Positions 1 through 7,097 of a stretch of 9,532 bases of DNA are shown in pieces. Numbering within the stretch: the first letter of the stretch is position 1; every line of letters starts with the position of its first letter. The notes beneath the pieces are model-generated. The model searched no databases, was not told the origin of the DNA, and saw only the letters and a program-made list of their open reading frames with translations. The translations under genes and the position numbers were made by a program. Source of the stretch: a virus (lineage: Duplodnaviria; Heunggongvirae; Uroviricota; Caudoviricetes); IMG/VR virus record IMGVR_UViG_2778261577_000002, positions 1 to 9,532 of that record; one strand, written 5' to 3'.

Positions 1-55
1 AGTCATCGGGCATTATCTGAACATAAAACACTATCAATAAGTTGGAGTCATTACC
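1..55 (+). mobile_element. IS1: IS1 right-end fragment: last insB codons (2-40, ...KVIGHYLNIKHYQ*) plus terminal inverted repeat ending GGAGTCATTACC at 55
   Basis: Recognised by recall as the canonical IS1 3' terminus; frame 2..40 translates to the InsB C-terminus with TAA at 38-40; the element is cut by the window edge. Confidence 0.93.
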
Positions 56-376
56 CAATAGTTGTATTGAATCACTGACGAGACAGCCTCATATTTATCA
101 GGACTGGTGTGCGTCTAATACAGGGGGTTGTCGTGCTGGTTCTCAAATGTGCGCTGGCTATTGCGGCTGTAATGGCAATTTATTGTCTTGCTGTTGTTCT
201 TATGGAGCGGCTTTCTGATTGATTACATACTGGCTAGAAAAAAGGTGTTACCTTGGTTTATCTTTGTCCGGCAAGGTGCGCTCATTAATCTTAAGTAAAT
301 TTATTGCTCAAGTATTCAGATTACTTCTTATGGTTGAAGTCTCCTGTCAATGTAGAACCAATATATTTACAAAAAT

Positions 377-406
377 GAGACCCGTCGGGGATAGCCCTGC
401 CGGGTC
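377..406 (-). terminator. Rho-independent terminator downstream of the minus-strand YeaR-like gene
   Basis: Inverted repeat AGACCCG...CGGGTCT (377-383 / 400-406) forms a GC-rich hairpin; on the minus strand it is followed by a T-run (complement of CAAAAATG at about 369-376), just past the CDS stop at 437-439. Confidence 0.55.
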
Positions 407-436
407 TGACGGTTAAAGCATTTTTAATATGATCAT

Positions 437-775
437 CTATTTTTTGGTGCTATAGACTTTTTCGCCCGAGAAGTCTGGAGCGACCCAAAAGTTAATATTA
501 AACTGAGCATCATCGCTTAGTTCAACACGGTGCCAGTATTGTGGTGGGCTTGTTGCAAAAGCGCCAGCATTAATGACTACTTTTATCTCCGGTTCAGTAG
601 CATTCTCATCAGTAAAACCATAATATGTTACAGTGCCTTCCATTACGCACAACTGCCCAAAAACACCTGCTGCTGTATTATGATGTGTTAATAACGCTGA
701 AGGTACGTTCTCTTTTGTGAAGAACGGAGTTGAGCGTTTGATTACCCAATCTTTAGGAATTCTCTTGTGTGTCAT
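437..775 (-). CDS. YeaR-like DUF1971-family protein (small cupin-like, TehB-N-terminal-related), 112 aa
   Basis: Six-frame ORF 437..799(-); recalled similarity to E. coli YeaR along the whole length (KRSTPF, VMxG, EP, AGxFA, PP, WH, FNI blocks). Start placed at the internal ATG 775-773 (MTHKRIP...) because a strong SD GAGGAGGTGG lies about 6 nt upstream on the minus strand; the ATG at 799 has no SD. Confidence 0.8.
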   Translation of the reverse strand: MTHKRIPKDWVIKRSTPFFTKENVPSALLTHHNTAAGVFGQLCVMEGTVTYYGFTDENATEPEIKVVINAGAFATSPPQYWHRVELSDDAQFNINFWVAPDFSGEKVYSTKK

Positions 776-790
776 AACCACCTCCTCAAA

Positions 791-813
791 AACATGCATT
801 ATAAATGCGTGTT
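791..813. promoter_or_regulatory. Imperfect palindrome AACATGCATTA-T-AAATGCGTGTT resembling an NsrR (Rrf2-family) operator, overlapping a minus-strand TATAAT (798-803) just upstream of the YeaR-like gene
   Basis: Both half-sites match the recalled 11-1-11 NsrR consensus (AAnATGCATTT n AAATGCATnTT) with one mismatch each. The minus strand reads GCATTTATAATGCAT, so a perfect -10 hexamer sits inside the palindrome. A perfect TTGACA lies 21 nt further upstream on the minus strand, which is non-canonical spacing. Confidence 0.4.
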
Positions 814-1100
814 TTTGAGGGTTATGTCAAGCTGTTATGAAACACATAATTGATATGTTGATTAGAGGAGAAGATATAATAAATATGGTTGTTTTTCGTA
901 TAACTATTTGTTTTACTTTTAGTTTATGCATTCTGTGTGTTAGGAATAAGTTATTAAAGTTTAATCAAAAAATCTCGATGTAGTCCACATAGATTATTGT
1001 TACTGAACCTTATTGTGTGTATTAGTTGTGTTCTGAAATTTCAGCTTAATTATTTATGATGTATTTTTTAACGATAAATATTTTCCCAGGATACCTTTAC

Positions 1101-1127
1101 TGTGTATATAAATAAATTATATACACA
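1101..1127. repeat. Perfect 10-bp inverted repeat TGTGTATATA-(7 nt)-TATATACACA in the AT-rich intergenic region
   Basis: Read directly: 1101-1110 is the reverse complement of 1118-1127, with spacer AATAAAT. Candidate operator or protein-binding site; function unknown. Confidence 0.5.
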
Positions 1128-1502
1128 TAAATAATGTAAAGGCGTCCTTTTAGATATATCTTATCAAATGTTAATGACTTGAGTGGGAAATATGATTCCA
1201 GCAACTTATCATGTGGCTACTTTATAAAAATAATGCCCATATAAAACAACAAGCGAAAAGGATTACGGATAAAAAAGGAGCGAGATGTGCGAACTTGTTA
1301 TTTTCCATGTTTAACCACCTTAAATAATTGATGATGACGGGATGATTGCATCTGTAATGCTTTTATTGAAATGTTATGATAAAAAAGAACTTTTGCATAA
1401 CATTAAAATGTAATTTATCTAATCGTTTTTAATAATAAATGTCGTATTTCTATCCTTGTACCAGCTATTTGATATGTAGTGTTTGTTCATGCTATGTGGG
1501 GC

Positions 1503-1530
1503 TTTACACCATAGCCAGTTTATTTATACT
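1503..1530 (+). promoter_or_regulatory. Candidate sigma70 promoter for the DUF1367-YbcO-Q block (-35 TTTACA, 16-bp spacer, -10 TATACT)
   Basis: TTTACA at 1503-1508 and TATACT at 1525-1530, about 60 bp upstream of the ATG at 1589. Sequence match only. Confidence 0.3.
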
Positions 1531-1588
1531 TTATTCGTCAGCCTGAACAACTGGCATCTGTTGCGCTGCGCCATCGAGAGATTGAGAA

Positions 1589-2188
1589 ATGGCGCATATA
1601 CAACTGGTCAAACAAACCTCTTCTGGTTTACTTCTCCCGGCGACGCCGGAGAGTTGCGATTTTCTGCATCAAATCAAAATAGGTGAGTGGATACACGCAG
1701 ACTTTAAGCGTGTGCGTAACTACGCATTCCACAAGCGTTTTTTCAAACTCCTGCAACTGGGATTCGATTACTGGACTCCGGTCGGTGGGGCGATCACACC
1801 TCGCGAACGAGAACTGCTGTCTGGTTTCGTGGATTACTTGTGCGAATCAGTTGGTCGGGAACACACACCAGCCCTGAGTGATGCCGCAGAGCAATATCTA
1901 AATACAGTTGCGACACGCAGAACTCGGGATACGGCATTGCTAAAGTCGTTTGAGGCTTTCCGCGAGTGGGTAACCATTCAGGCCGGATTTTACACCGAGC
2001 ATATTTATCCGGACGGTAGCCGTGGGCGCAGGGCGAAATCCATCGCGTTTGCGAATATGGACGAAACCGAGTTTCAGCAGGTTTATAAATCTGTTCTGAA
2101 TGTGCTGTGGAACTGGATTCTGTTCCGTAAATTCTCCTCTCAGGAGGAAGTTGAAAATGTGGCCGCACAACTACTGGAGTTTGCGTAA
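1589..2188 (+). CDS. Conserved lambdoid-prophage protein, probably DUF1367 family (199 aa), function unknown
   Basis: Clean 199-aa ORF whose stop overlaps the next gene's start (TAATG at 2186-2190). The family assignment is from recall of the DUF1367-DUF1364-Q arrangement in E. coli prophages, not from a search. Confidence 0.7.
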   Translation: MAHIQLVKQTSSGLLLPATPESCDFLHQIKIGEWIHADFKRVRNYAFHKRFFKLLQLGFDYWTPVGGAITPRERELLSGFVDYLCESVGREHTPALSDAAEQYLNTVATRRTRDTALLKSFEAFREWVTIQAGFYTEHIYPDGSRGRRAKSIAFANMDETEFQQVYKSVLNVLWNWILFRKFSSQEEVENVAAQLLEFA

Positions 2189-2478
2189 TGGTGAATTTAC
2201 GTAAAGCGGCTAAAGGCCAGATGTGCCAGATCAGAATCCCTGGCTACTGCAATCACAATCCCGAAACCTCTGTGCTGGCGCATTACAGGCTGGCGGGGAC
2301 GTGCGGAACAGCGACAAAACCACACGATATGCAGGCAGCGATTGCCTGTAGCTCATGCCACGATTTAATCGACGGGCGGGTAAAAACCAGCGATTACACC
2401 AAAGAAGAATTACGCCTGATGCATGCAGAAGGTGTTTTTCGCACACAAGAAATCTGGAGAAAGGAAGGTTATTTATGA
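2188..2478 (+). CDS. ybcO: YbcO-like DUF1364-family protein (putative phage nuclease), 96 aa
   Basis: Recalled near-colinear similarity to DLP12 YbcO (RKAAxGxxCQxRIPGxCNxNPETSVLAH...TKP...IACSxCHD). Start overlaps the upstream stop (TAATG); stop overlaps the downstream start (ATGA at 2475-2478). Confidence 0.85.
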   Translation: MVNLRKAAKGQMCQIRIPGYCNHNPETSVLAHYRLAGTCGTATKPHDMQAAIACSSCHDLIDGRVKTSDYTKEELRLMHAEGVFRTQEIWRKEGYL

Positions 2479-3017
2479 TTTACCCAACAAATACAGGCAA
2501 AAGCGGGGAACACCTTCGTCTCACCACGCTGGAAAGTGTCTGGATTCAGGGAAAACTGCGCATGTGGGGGCGCTGGTCGTATATTGGCGGCGGTAAGACG
2601 GGAAATATGTTTAACCAGTTGCTGGCATCCAAAAAATTGACGAAAACAGCCGTCAATGAAGCCCTGCGCAGGATGAAAAAAGCGGGAATAGAGAAACCTG
2701 AGCTGGAAGCGTTTTTGCGAGAGATGATCAATGGCAAGCAAAAGACCTGGCTGGCGCATTGTACTGATGCAGAGGCGTTATGTATTGATAGAGTCATAAG
2801 TGAGGTGCTGGCAAAACACCCAGGATTGATTTGTATCCTCCGGCAACGATATGAAGGGAGGGGGATGACTAAGCGTAAAATGGCTGAATTGCTGAATGAT
2901 GCACATCCTGAGTGGTGTTTTAGCACATGCGAAAAGCGAATTGCTAATTGGTTAGCCGTTGCTGAATATGCCCTGTATATTCCCATGCGAGAATCATTTG
3001 CTCAAAAAATAGCTTGA
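2475..3017 (+). CDS. Putative late-gene antiterminator Q (non-lambda, possibly phage-21-type family), 180 aa
   Basis: ATG 2475 is preceded by AGGAAGG and overlaps the YbcO stop. Position is the canonical Q slot: after the nin-like genes and before a tR'-like terminator, tRNAs and the lysis cassette. No CxxC zinc motif as in lambda or 82 Q. The assignment is by synteny and size, not by a recognised motif. Confidence 0.6.
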   Translation: MIYPTNTGKSGEHLRLTTLESVWIQGKLRMWGRWSYIGGGKTGNMFNQLLASKKLTKTAVNEALRRMKKAGIEKPELEAFLREMINGKQKTWLAHCTDAEALCIDRVISEVLAKHPGLICILRQRYEGRGMTKRKMAELLNDAHPEWCFSTCEKRIANWLAVAEYALYIPMRESFAQKIA

Positions 3018-3101
3018 TTTTTTACGCATAAATTGCTTCAATTCCGGTATGCTTCGCAAAGCTGTATCGCGAGGCGAACCAAGCGCATGAACTTTACCAG
3101 A

Positions 3102-3130
3102 ACCCGCCATTGAGCGGGTTTTGTTGTTTC
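3102..3130 (+). terminator. Rho-independent terminator (tR'-like) downstream of the Q gene
   Basis: Hairpin ACCCGC-cattga-GCGGGT (3102-3119) followed by TTTGTTGTTTC, about 85 bp after the Q stop. This is where lambdoid phages carry pR' and tR'. Confidence 0.6.
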
Positions 3131-3170
3131 TGGGGGGGCATTTCGTTAAATGAAGCTGTGTTGTGCGCAA

Positions 3171-3210
3171 TTAGCTAATAACACGAATCGTGAATGTATA
3201 TAATGCGCTT
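3171..3210 (+). promoter_or_regulatory. Candidate stable-RNA-type promoter upstream of the tRNAs (-10 TATAAT at 3199-3204 followed by a GCGC discriminator)
   Basis: TATAATGCGC resembles the rRNA/tRNA promoter -10 plus GC-rich discriminator, and the upstream DNA is AT-rich. No good -35 at 16-18 bp spacing, so confidence is low. The tRNAs could instead be read from pR'. Confidence 0.3.
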
Positions 3211-3351
3211 GTTCCTTCGATGGTGTATTCGAATAACGGATTACTGAATACAGCTATCCCATTAAGGGAACACCGCCATCTGCTCATCGGGAAGAGCCGA
3301 CCATCATTTAAGTGGTAGGTGTGAGATTCGATACCTCGGTGGCGGTTCTGT

Positions 3352-3427
<76 letters not shown>

Positions 3428-3430
3428 TAT

Positions 3431-3505
<75 letters not shown>

Positions 3506-3781
3506 GCATTTGAAATAAGCCTTATTGTATTGCAGCACTGGCGTATTTTTATTACGTGGGAGCAGGTTGTTTCGAAAAAGCATTCTGTTCTCTGGCTATG
3601 ATTTGAGGCCAGGTGTAGCCTCAGTGCTGATTTTTTTACGGCAGCAGAATGGTGCATTATCGGTGGAGATTTTGTATTTCCTGGCAGGGCCGGTGATGTG
3701 CCATCCCGATGTTGTAAACATCGCTAAAAATGACATTGAGATTAATCATATACTAAGCAAAACCTGGAAATACATCCTTTA

Positions 3782-3807
3782 CCGCCTCCACCGGGCGGTT
3801 TTTTTTA
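3782..3807 (+). terminator. Rho-independent terminator in the Q-to-S interval
   Basis: CCGCC-tccacc-GGGCGG hairpin (3782-3798) followed directly by a run of nine T (3799-3807). Confidence 0.6.
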
Positions 3808-4190
3808 TTCTGAACCCTAAAAAAAGAAACACGGACACTGATAATGCCCGTGTGGCAATGCCATGTAAGTTAGCGATGAATATGGCGCAAAAAAAGCGCG
3901 GCCGTCGGATTAACGCCGCGGGACAAAGTCCATGAAGAATCATAAGTATTGGCCCCCTTCTGGGACATGTTCATACTACTAAGCTTCAGAAGTGGTTTAA
4001 ATCATCAAATTAACCTTAATTTTCGATAAGTCTTATTTCATTTCTTTGCGCCACATCTGGCGCGCATCAAATAACGCCACGCAAAGGGCATCTGCGGATG
4101 CCGGTGCTTTTGACGGGGTGTTTTTTACGGGCCGCTGGTGGCCATTTTTTGTTTCCATTACACAGCGCCCGCATCTGCGAGGTGGGGGTT

Positions 4191-4406
4191 ATGAAATCCA
4201 TGGATAAGTTAACAACGGGTGTCGCCTATGGCACCTCCGCAGGCAGTGCTGGCTACTGGTTTTTACAGTTGCTCGATAGAGTAACTCCGTCACAGTGGGC
4301 TGCAATCGGTGTGCTGGGTAGTCTGGTTTTTGGCCTGCTGACGTACCTGACAAACCTTTATTTCAAGATTAAAGAAGATAAGCGCAAGGCTGCGAGAGGT
4401 GAATAA
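4191..4406 (+). CDS. S: Phage-21-type class II holin (pinholin S21-like) with dual-start motif MKSMDK, 71 aa
   Basis: Strong recalled similarity to S21/EssD ([25 protein letters not shown]...[14 protein letters not shown]...[20 protein letters not shown]). SD GAGGTGGGGG upstream of ATG 4191. The six-frame ORF 4098..4406 extends upstream, but the homologous start is 4191. Stop TAA overlaps the endolysin ATG. Confidence 0.93.
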   Translation: MKSMDKLTTGVAYGTSAGSAGYWFLQLLDRVTPSQWAAIGVLGSLVFGLLTYLTNLYFKIKEDKRKAARGE

Positions 4407-4903
4407 TGCCTCCATCATTACGAAAAGCCGTTGCTGCTGCTATTGGTGGCGGAGCAATTGCTATAGCATCAGTGTTAATCACTGGCCCAAGTGGTAACGA
4501 TGGTCTGGAAGGTGTCAGCTACATACCATACAAAGATATTGTTGGTGTATGGACTGTATGTCACGGGCATACAGGAAAAGACATCATGCTCGGTAAAACG
4601 TATACCAAAGCAGAATGCAAAGCACTCTTGAATAAAGACCTTGCCACTGTCGCCAGACAAATTAACCCGTACATCGAAGTCGATATACCGGAAACAACGC
4701 GCGGCGCTCTTTACTCATTCGTTTACAACGTGGGTGCTGGCAATTTCAGAACATCGACGCTTCTTCGCAAAATAAACCAGGGCGATATCAAAGGCGCATG
4801 TGATCAGCTACGTCGCTGGACATATGCTGGCGGTAAGCAATGGAAAGGTCTCATGACTCGTCGTGAGATTGAGCGTGAAATCTGTTTGTGGGGTCAGCAA
4901 TGA
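4406..4903 (+). CDS. R: SAR endolysin (phage 21 R21-like lysozyme, T4-lysozyme fold with N-terminal signal-anchor-release domain), 165 aa
   Basis: N-terminal Gly/Ala-rich weakly hydrophobic SAR segment ([20 protein letters not shown]) followed by a lysozyme core with the catalytic E...D...T spacing ([18 protein letters not shown]). Strong recalled similarity to R21/RrrD. Start overlaps the holin stop (TAATG); stop overlaps the Rz start (ATGA). Confidence 0.93.
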   Translation: MPPSLRKAVAAAIGGGAIAIASVLITGPSGNDGLEGVSYIPYKDIVGVWTVCHGHTGKDIMLGKTYTKAECKALLNKDLATVARQINPYIEVDIPETTRGALYSFVYNVGAGNFRTSTLLRKINQGDIKGACDQLRRWTYAGGKQWKGLMTRREIEREICLWGQQ

Positions 4904-5365
4904 ACAGAGTAACCGCGATTATCTCCGCTCTGGTTATCTGCATCATCGTCTGCCTGTCATGGGCTGTTAATCATTAACGTGATAACGCCATTACCTACAA
5001 AGCCCAGCGCGACAAAAATGCCAGAGAACTGAAGCTGGCGAACGCGGCAATTACTGACATGCAGATGCGCCAGCGTGATGTTGCTGCACTGGATGAAAAA
5101 TACACGAAGGAGTTAGCTAATGCGAAAGCTGAAAATGATGCTCTGCGTGATGATGTTGCCGCTGGTCGTCGTCGGTTGCACATCAAAGCAGTCTGTCAGT
5201 CAGTGCGTGAAGCCACCACCGCCTCCGGCGTGGATAATGCAGCCTCCCCCCCGACTGGCAGACACCGCTGAACGGGATTATTTCACCCTCCGGGAACGAC
5301 TGGTAATGATGCAGGCCCAACTTGAAGGTGCTCAGCAATACATAACCGAACAGTGTTTAAAGTAA
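4900..5365 (+). pseudogene. Rz: Rz (i-spanin) pseudogene: in-frame TAA at codon 26 (4975-4977) plus a +1 frameshift in a C7 tract (about 5246-5252)
   Basis: The frame from ATG 4900 gives [25 protein letters not shown] then TAA where lambda-type Rz has Tyr. The same frame continues with Rz-like sequence ([34 protein letters not shown]...[24 protein letters not shown]) until the C-run, after which the Rz C-terminus ([17 protein letters not shown]...) is only readable in the +1 frame. Confidence 0.85.
5120..5365 (+). pseudogene. Rz1: Rz1 (o-spanin lipoprotein) reading frame embedded in Rz; signal peptide and lipobox are intact, but the frame is shifted into the Rz C-terminus by the C7 tract
   Basis: ORF 5120..5365 starts with a typical Rz1 N-terminus ([20 protein letters not shown]...[16 protein letters not shown]) and then reads [11 protein letters not shown]..., which is Rz sequence. 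With six C instead of seven the frame would read ...[20 protein letters not shown], a canonical Rz1 end. Confidence 0.75.
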
Positions 5366-5502
5366 AATCTTAACTACAATATGATTCATTTTGATGATTG
5401 TTTCATAAGGAACAGTGAAGTAAGATCTAAGAGGAGTTAAATTTTATACAGTATAATCATAATATTGCAGCAAGGTGGTTATAATTGAAAGAATATTTAG
5501 AT

Positions 5503-6960
5503 ATGAATACATCTCATGTAAGAGTTGTTACTCATATGTGTGGGTTTCTGGTTTGGCTCTATAGTCTTTCAATGTTGCCACCAATGGTTGTAGCATTGTT
5601 TTATAAAGAAAAAAGCCTGTTCGTTTTCTTTATAACTTTCGTTATGTTTTTTTGCATTGGTGGCGGAGCGTGGTATACAACTAAGAAATCTGGCATTCAA
5701 TTACGTACCCGTGATGGGTTTATTATAATTGTAATGTTTTGGATTTTGTTTTCTGTTATTAGTGCATTCCCTTTATGGATTGACTCAGAACTTAATTTAA
5801 CGTTCATTGATGCTCTGTTTGAAGGGGTTTCTGGAATAACAACAACAGGAGCAACTGTAATTGATGATGTTAGTTCATTACCTCGGGCATATTTGTACTA
5901 TCGGTCACAGTTAAATTTTATAGGTGGTTTAGGAGTTATTGTTCTGGCGGTTGCTGTATTGCCATTATTGGGTATTGGTGGTGCAAAGCTTTATCAGTCA
6001 GAAATGCCGGGGCCATTTAAGGATGACAAACTCACTCCCCGCCTGGCCGATACGTCACGGACACTGTGGATAACTTATTCTTTATTAGGTATTGCTTGTA
6101 TTGTCTGTTATAGACTTGCAGGAATGCCTTTGTTTGATGCTATTTGTCACGGGATTTCCACAGTTTCGCTTGGTGGTTTCTCAACTCATAGCGAGAGTAT
6201 CGGATATTTTAATAACTATTTGGTTGAGCTGGTGGCTGGTTCTTTTTCCCTGCTATCGGCTTTCAACTTCACTCTTTGGTATATTGTTATTAGCAGGAAA
6301 ACGATAAAACCTTTAATCAGAGATATTGAACTTCGTTTCTTTCTGTTAATAGCCTTAGGGGTGATCATTGTTACCTCTTTCCAGGTCTGGCATATAGGTA
6401 TGTATGACTTGCATGGAAGTTTTATTCATTCGTTTTTTCTTGCCAGCTCCATGCTCACTGATAATGGTTTAGCTACGCAGGATTATGCAAACTGGCCCAC
6501 GCACACGATAGTGTTTTTGCTGTCGTCAAGTTTCTTTGGGGGATGTATAGGTTCAACTTGTGGTGGAATTAAGTCACTTCGATTTCTTATACTTTTCAAA
6601 CAAAGCAAACACGAGATAAATCAGCTTTCTCATCCCAGAGCGTTGTTGAGTGTAAATGTAGGAGGGAAGATAGTTACAGATCGTGTAATGAGGTCTGTAT
6701 GGAGTTTCTTTTTTCTTTATACTCTCTTCACGGTGTTTTTTATACTGGTGTTAAATGGTATGGGATATGATTTTCTTACATCATTTGCAACAGTGGCTGC
6801 ATGTATTAATAATATGGGATTAGGTTTTGGGGCTACTGCATCGTCATTCGGAGTGCTTAATGACATTGCAAAATATTTAATGTGCATAGCTATGATTCTT
6901 GGTCGCCTTGAAATTTATCCTGTTATTATATTGTTTTCAGGTTTTTTTTGGCGCTCCTAA
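5503..6960 (+). CDS. trkG: TrkH/TrkG-family potassium uptake membrane protein (Rac prophage trkG-like), 485 aa from ATG 5503
   Basis: Long polytopic membrane ORF, recognised by recall as near-identical to E. coli K-12 TrkG (MNTSHVRVVTHMCGFLVWLYSLSMLPP...). AT-rich compared with its neighbours. An in-frame TTG at 5485 with a well-spaced SD (AGGTGG, 5473-5478) is an alternative start. Confidence 0.93.
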   Translation: MNTSHVRVVTHMCGFLVWLYSLSMLPPMVVALFYKEKSLFVFFITFVMFFCIGGGAWYTTKKSGIQLRTRDGFIIIVMFWILFSVISAFPLWIDSELNLTFIDALFEGVSGITTTGATVIDDVSSLPRAYLYYRSQLNFIGGLGVIVLAVAVLPLLGIGGAKLYQSEMPGPFKDDKLTPRLADTSRTLWITYSLLGIACIVCYRLAGMPLFDAICHGISTVSLGGFSTHSESIGYFNNYLVELVAGSFSLLSAFNFTLWYIVISRKTIKPLIRDIELRFFLLIALGVIIVTSFQVWHIGMYDLHGSFIHSFFLASSMLTDNGLATQDYANWPTHTIVFLLSSSFFGGCIGSTCGGIKSLRFLILFKQSKHEINQLSHPRALLSVNVGGKIVTDRVMRSVWSFFFLYTLFTVFFILVLNGMGYDFLTSFATVAACINNMGLGFGATASSFGVLNDIAKYLMCIAMILGRLEIYPVIILFSGFFWRS

Positions 6961-7046
6961 TATATGGCTGATTTATAATTGTGAGTTTAATATTATGTTG
7001 ACTCACTCATTGATCCAATACCTAACTTTACCAGCAACCCCTCCGT

Positions 7047-7080
7047 CCCCAGTAGCACTGGCTGCTGGGGTGCGTTTTAT
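7047..7080 (+). terminator. Possible terminator after trkG
   Basis: Hairpin CCCCAG...CTGGGG (7047-7052 / 7065-7070) followed by TGCGTTTTATT. The T-run is interrupted, so this is weak. Confidence 0.3.
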
Positions 7081-7097
7081 TCATAAAGCAAGGCTGT

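Noticed and set aside
219-416. 65-aa ORF on the + strand
   Set aside because: No SD, low-complexity translation, and it runs through the terminator hairpin at 377-406; likely non-coding.
437-799. Longer 120-aa version of the YeaR-like ORF starting at ATG 799
   Set aside because: That ATG lies inside the NsrR-like palindrome and -10 with no SD; the ATG at 775 with GAGGAGGTGG upstream is the credible start.
1483-1877. ORFs 1483..1686 and 1683..1877 (+)
   Set aside because: Alternative frames overlapping the DUF1367 gene or its promoter region; no independent support.
1794-2170. Antisense ORFs 1794..2168 and 1940..2170 (-)
   Set aside because: Entirely antisense to the DUF1367 CDS; typical spurious ORFs opposite a real gene.
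2231-2986. Antisense ORFs 2231..2446, 2469..2759, 2546..2986 (-)
   Set aside because: Antisense to the YbcO-like and Q genes, which have homology or synteny support; Cys/Arg-rich junk translations.
2355-3017. Longer 220-aa version of the Q ORF starting at 2355
   Set aside because: It would overlap the YbcO-like gene by 124 nt; the ATG at 2475 has an SD and an ATGA overlap with the upstream stop, the usual phage coupling arrangement.
3525-3935. 136-aa ORF (+) in the Q-to-S interval
   Set aside because: No SD, atypical composition, and it spans a strong intrinsic terminator; treated as non-coding (see the finding on this interval).
4098-4190. Upstream in-frame extension of the holin ORF ([15 protein letters not shown]...)
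   Set aside because: The homologous pinholin begins at MKSMDK (4191) with its own SD; the extension is merely open frame.
4475-5186. Antisense ORFs 4475..4660 and 4995..5186 (-)
   Set aside because: Antisense to the endolysin and Rz sequences.
5059-5271. 70-aa ORF in the Rz frame
   Set aside because: Not an independent gene; it is the internal part of the Rz pseudogene between the nonsense codon and the frameshift.
6092-6307. 71-aa ORF in an alternative frame within trkG
   Set aside because: Internal to a well-supported membrane-protein gene.
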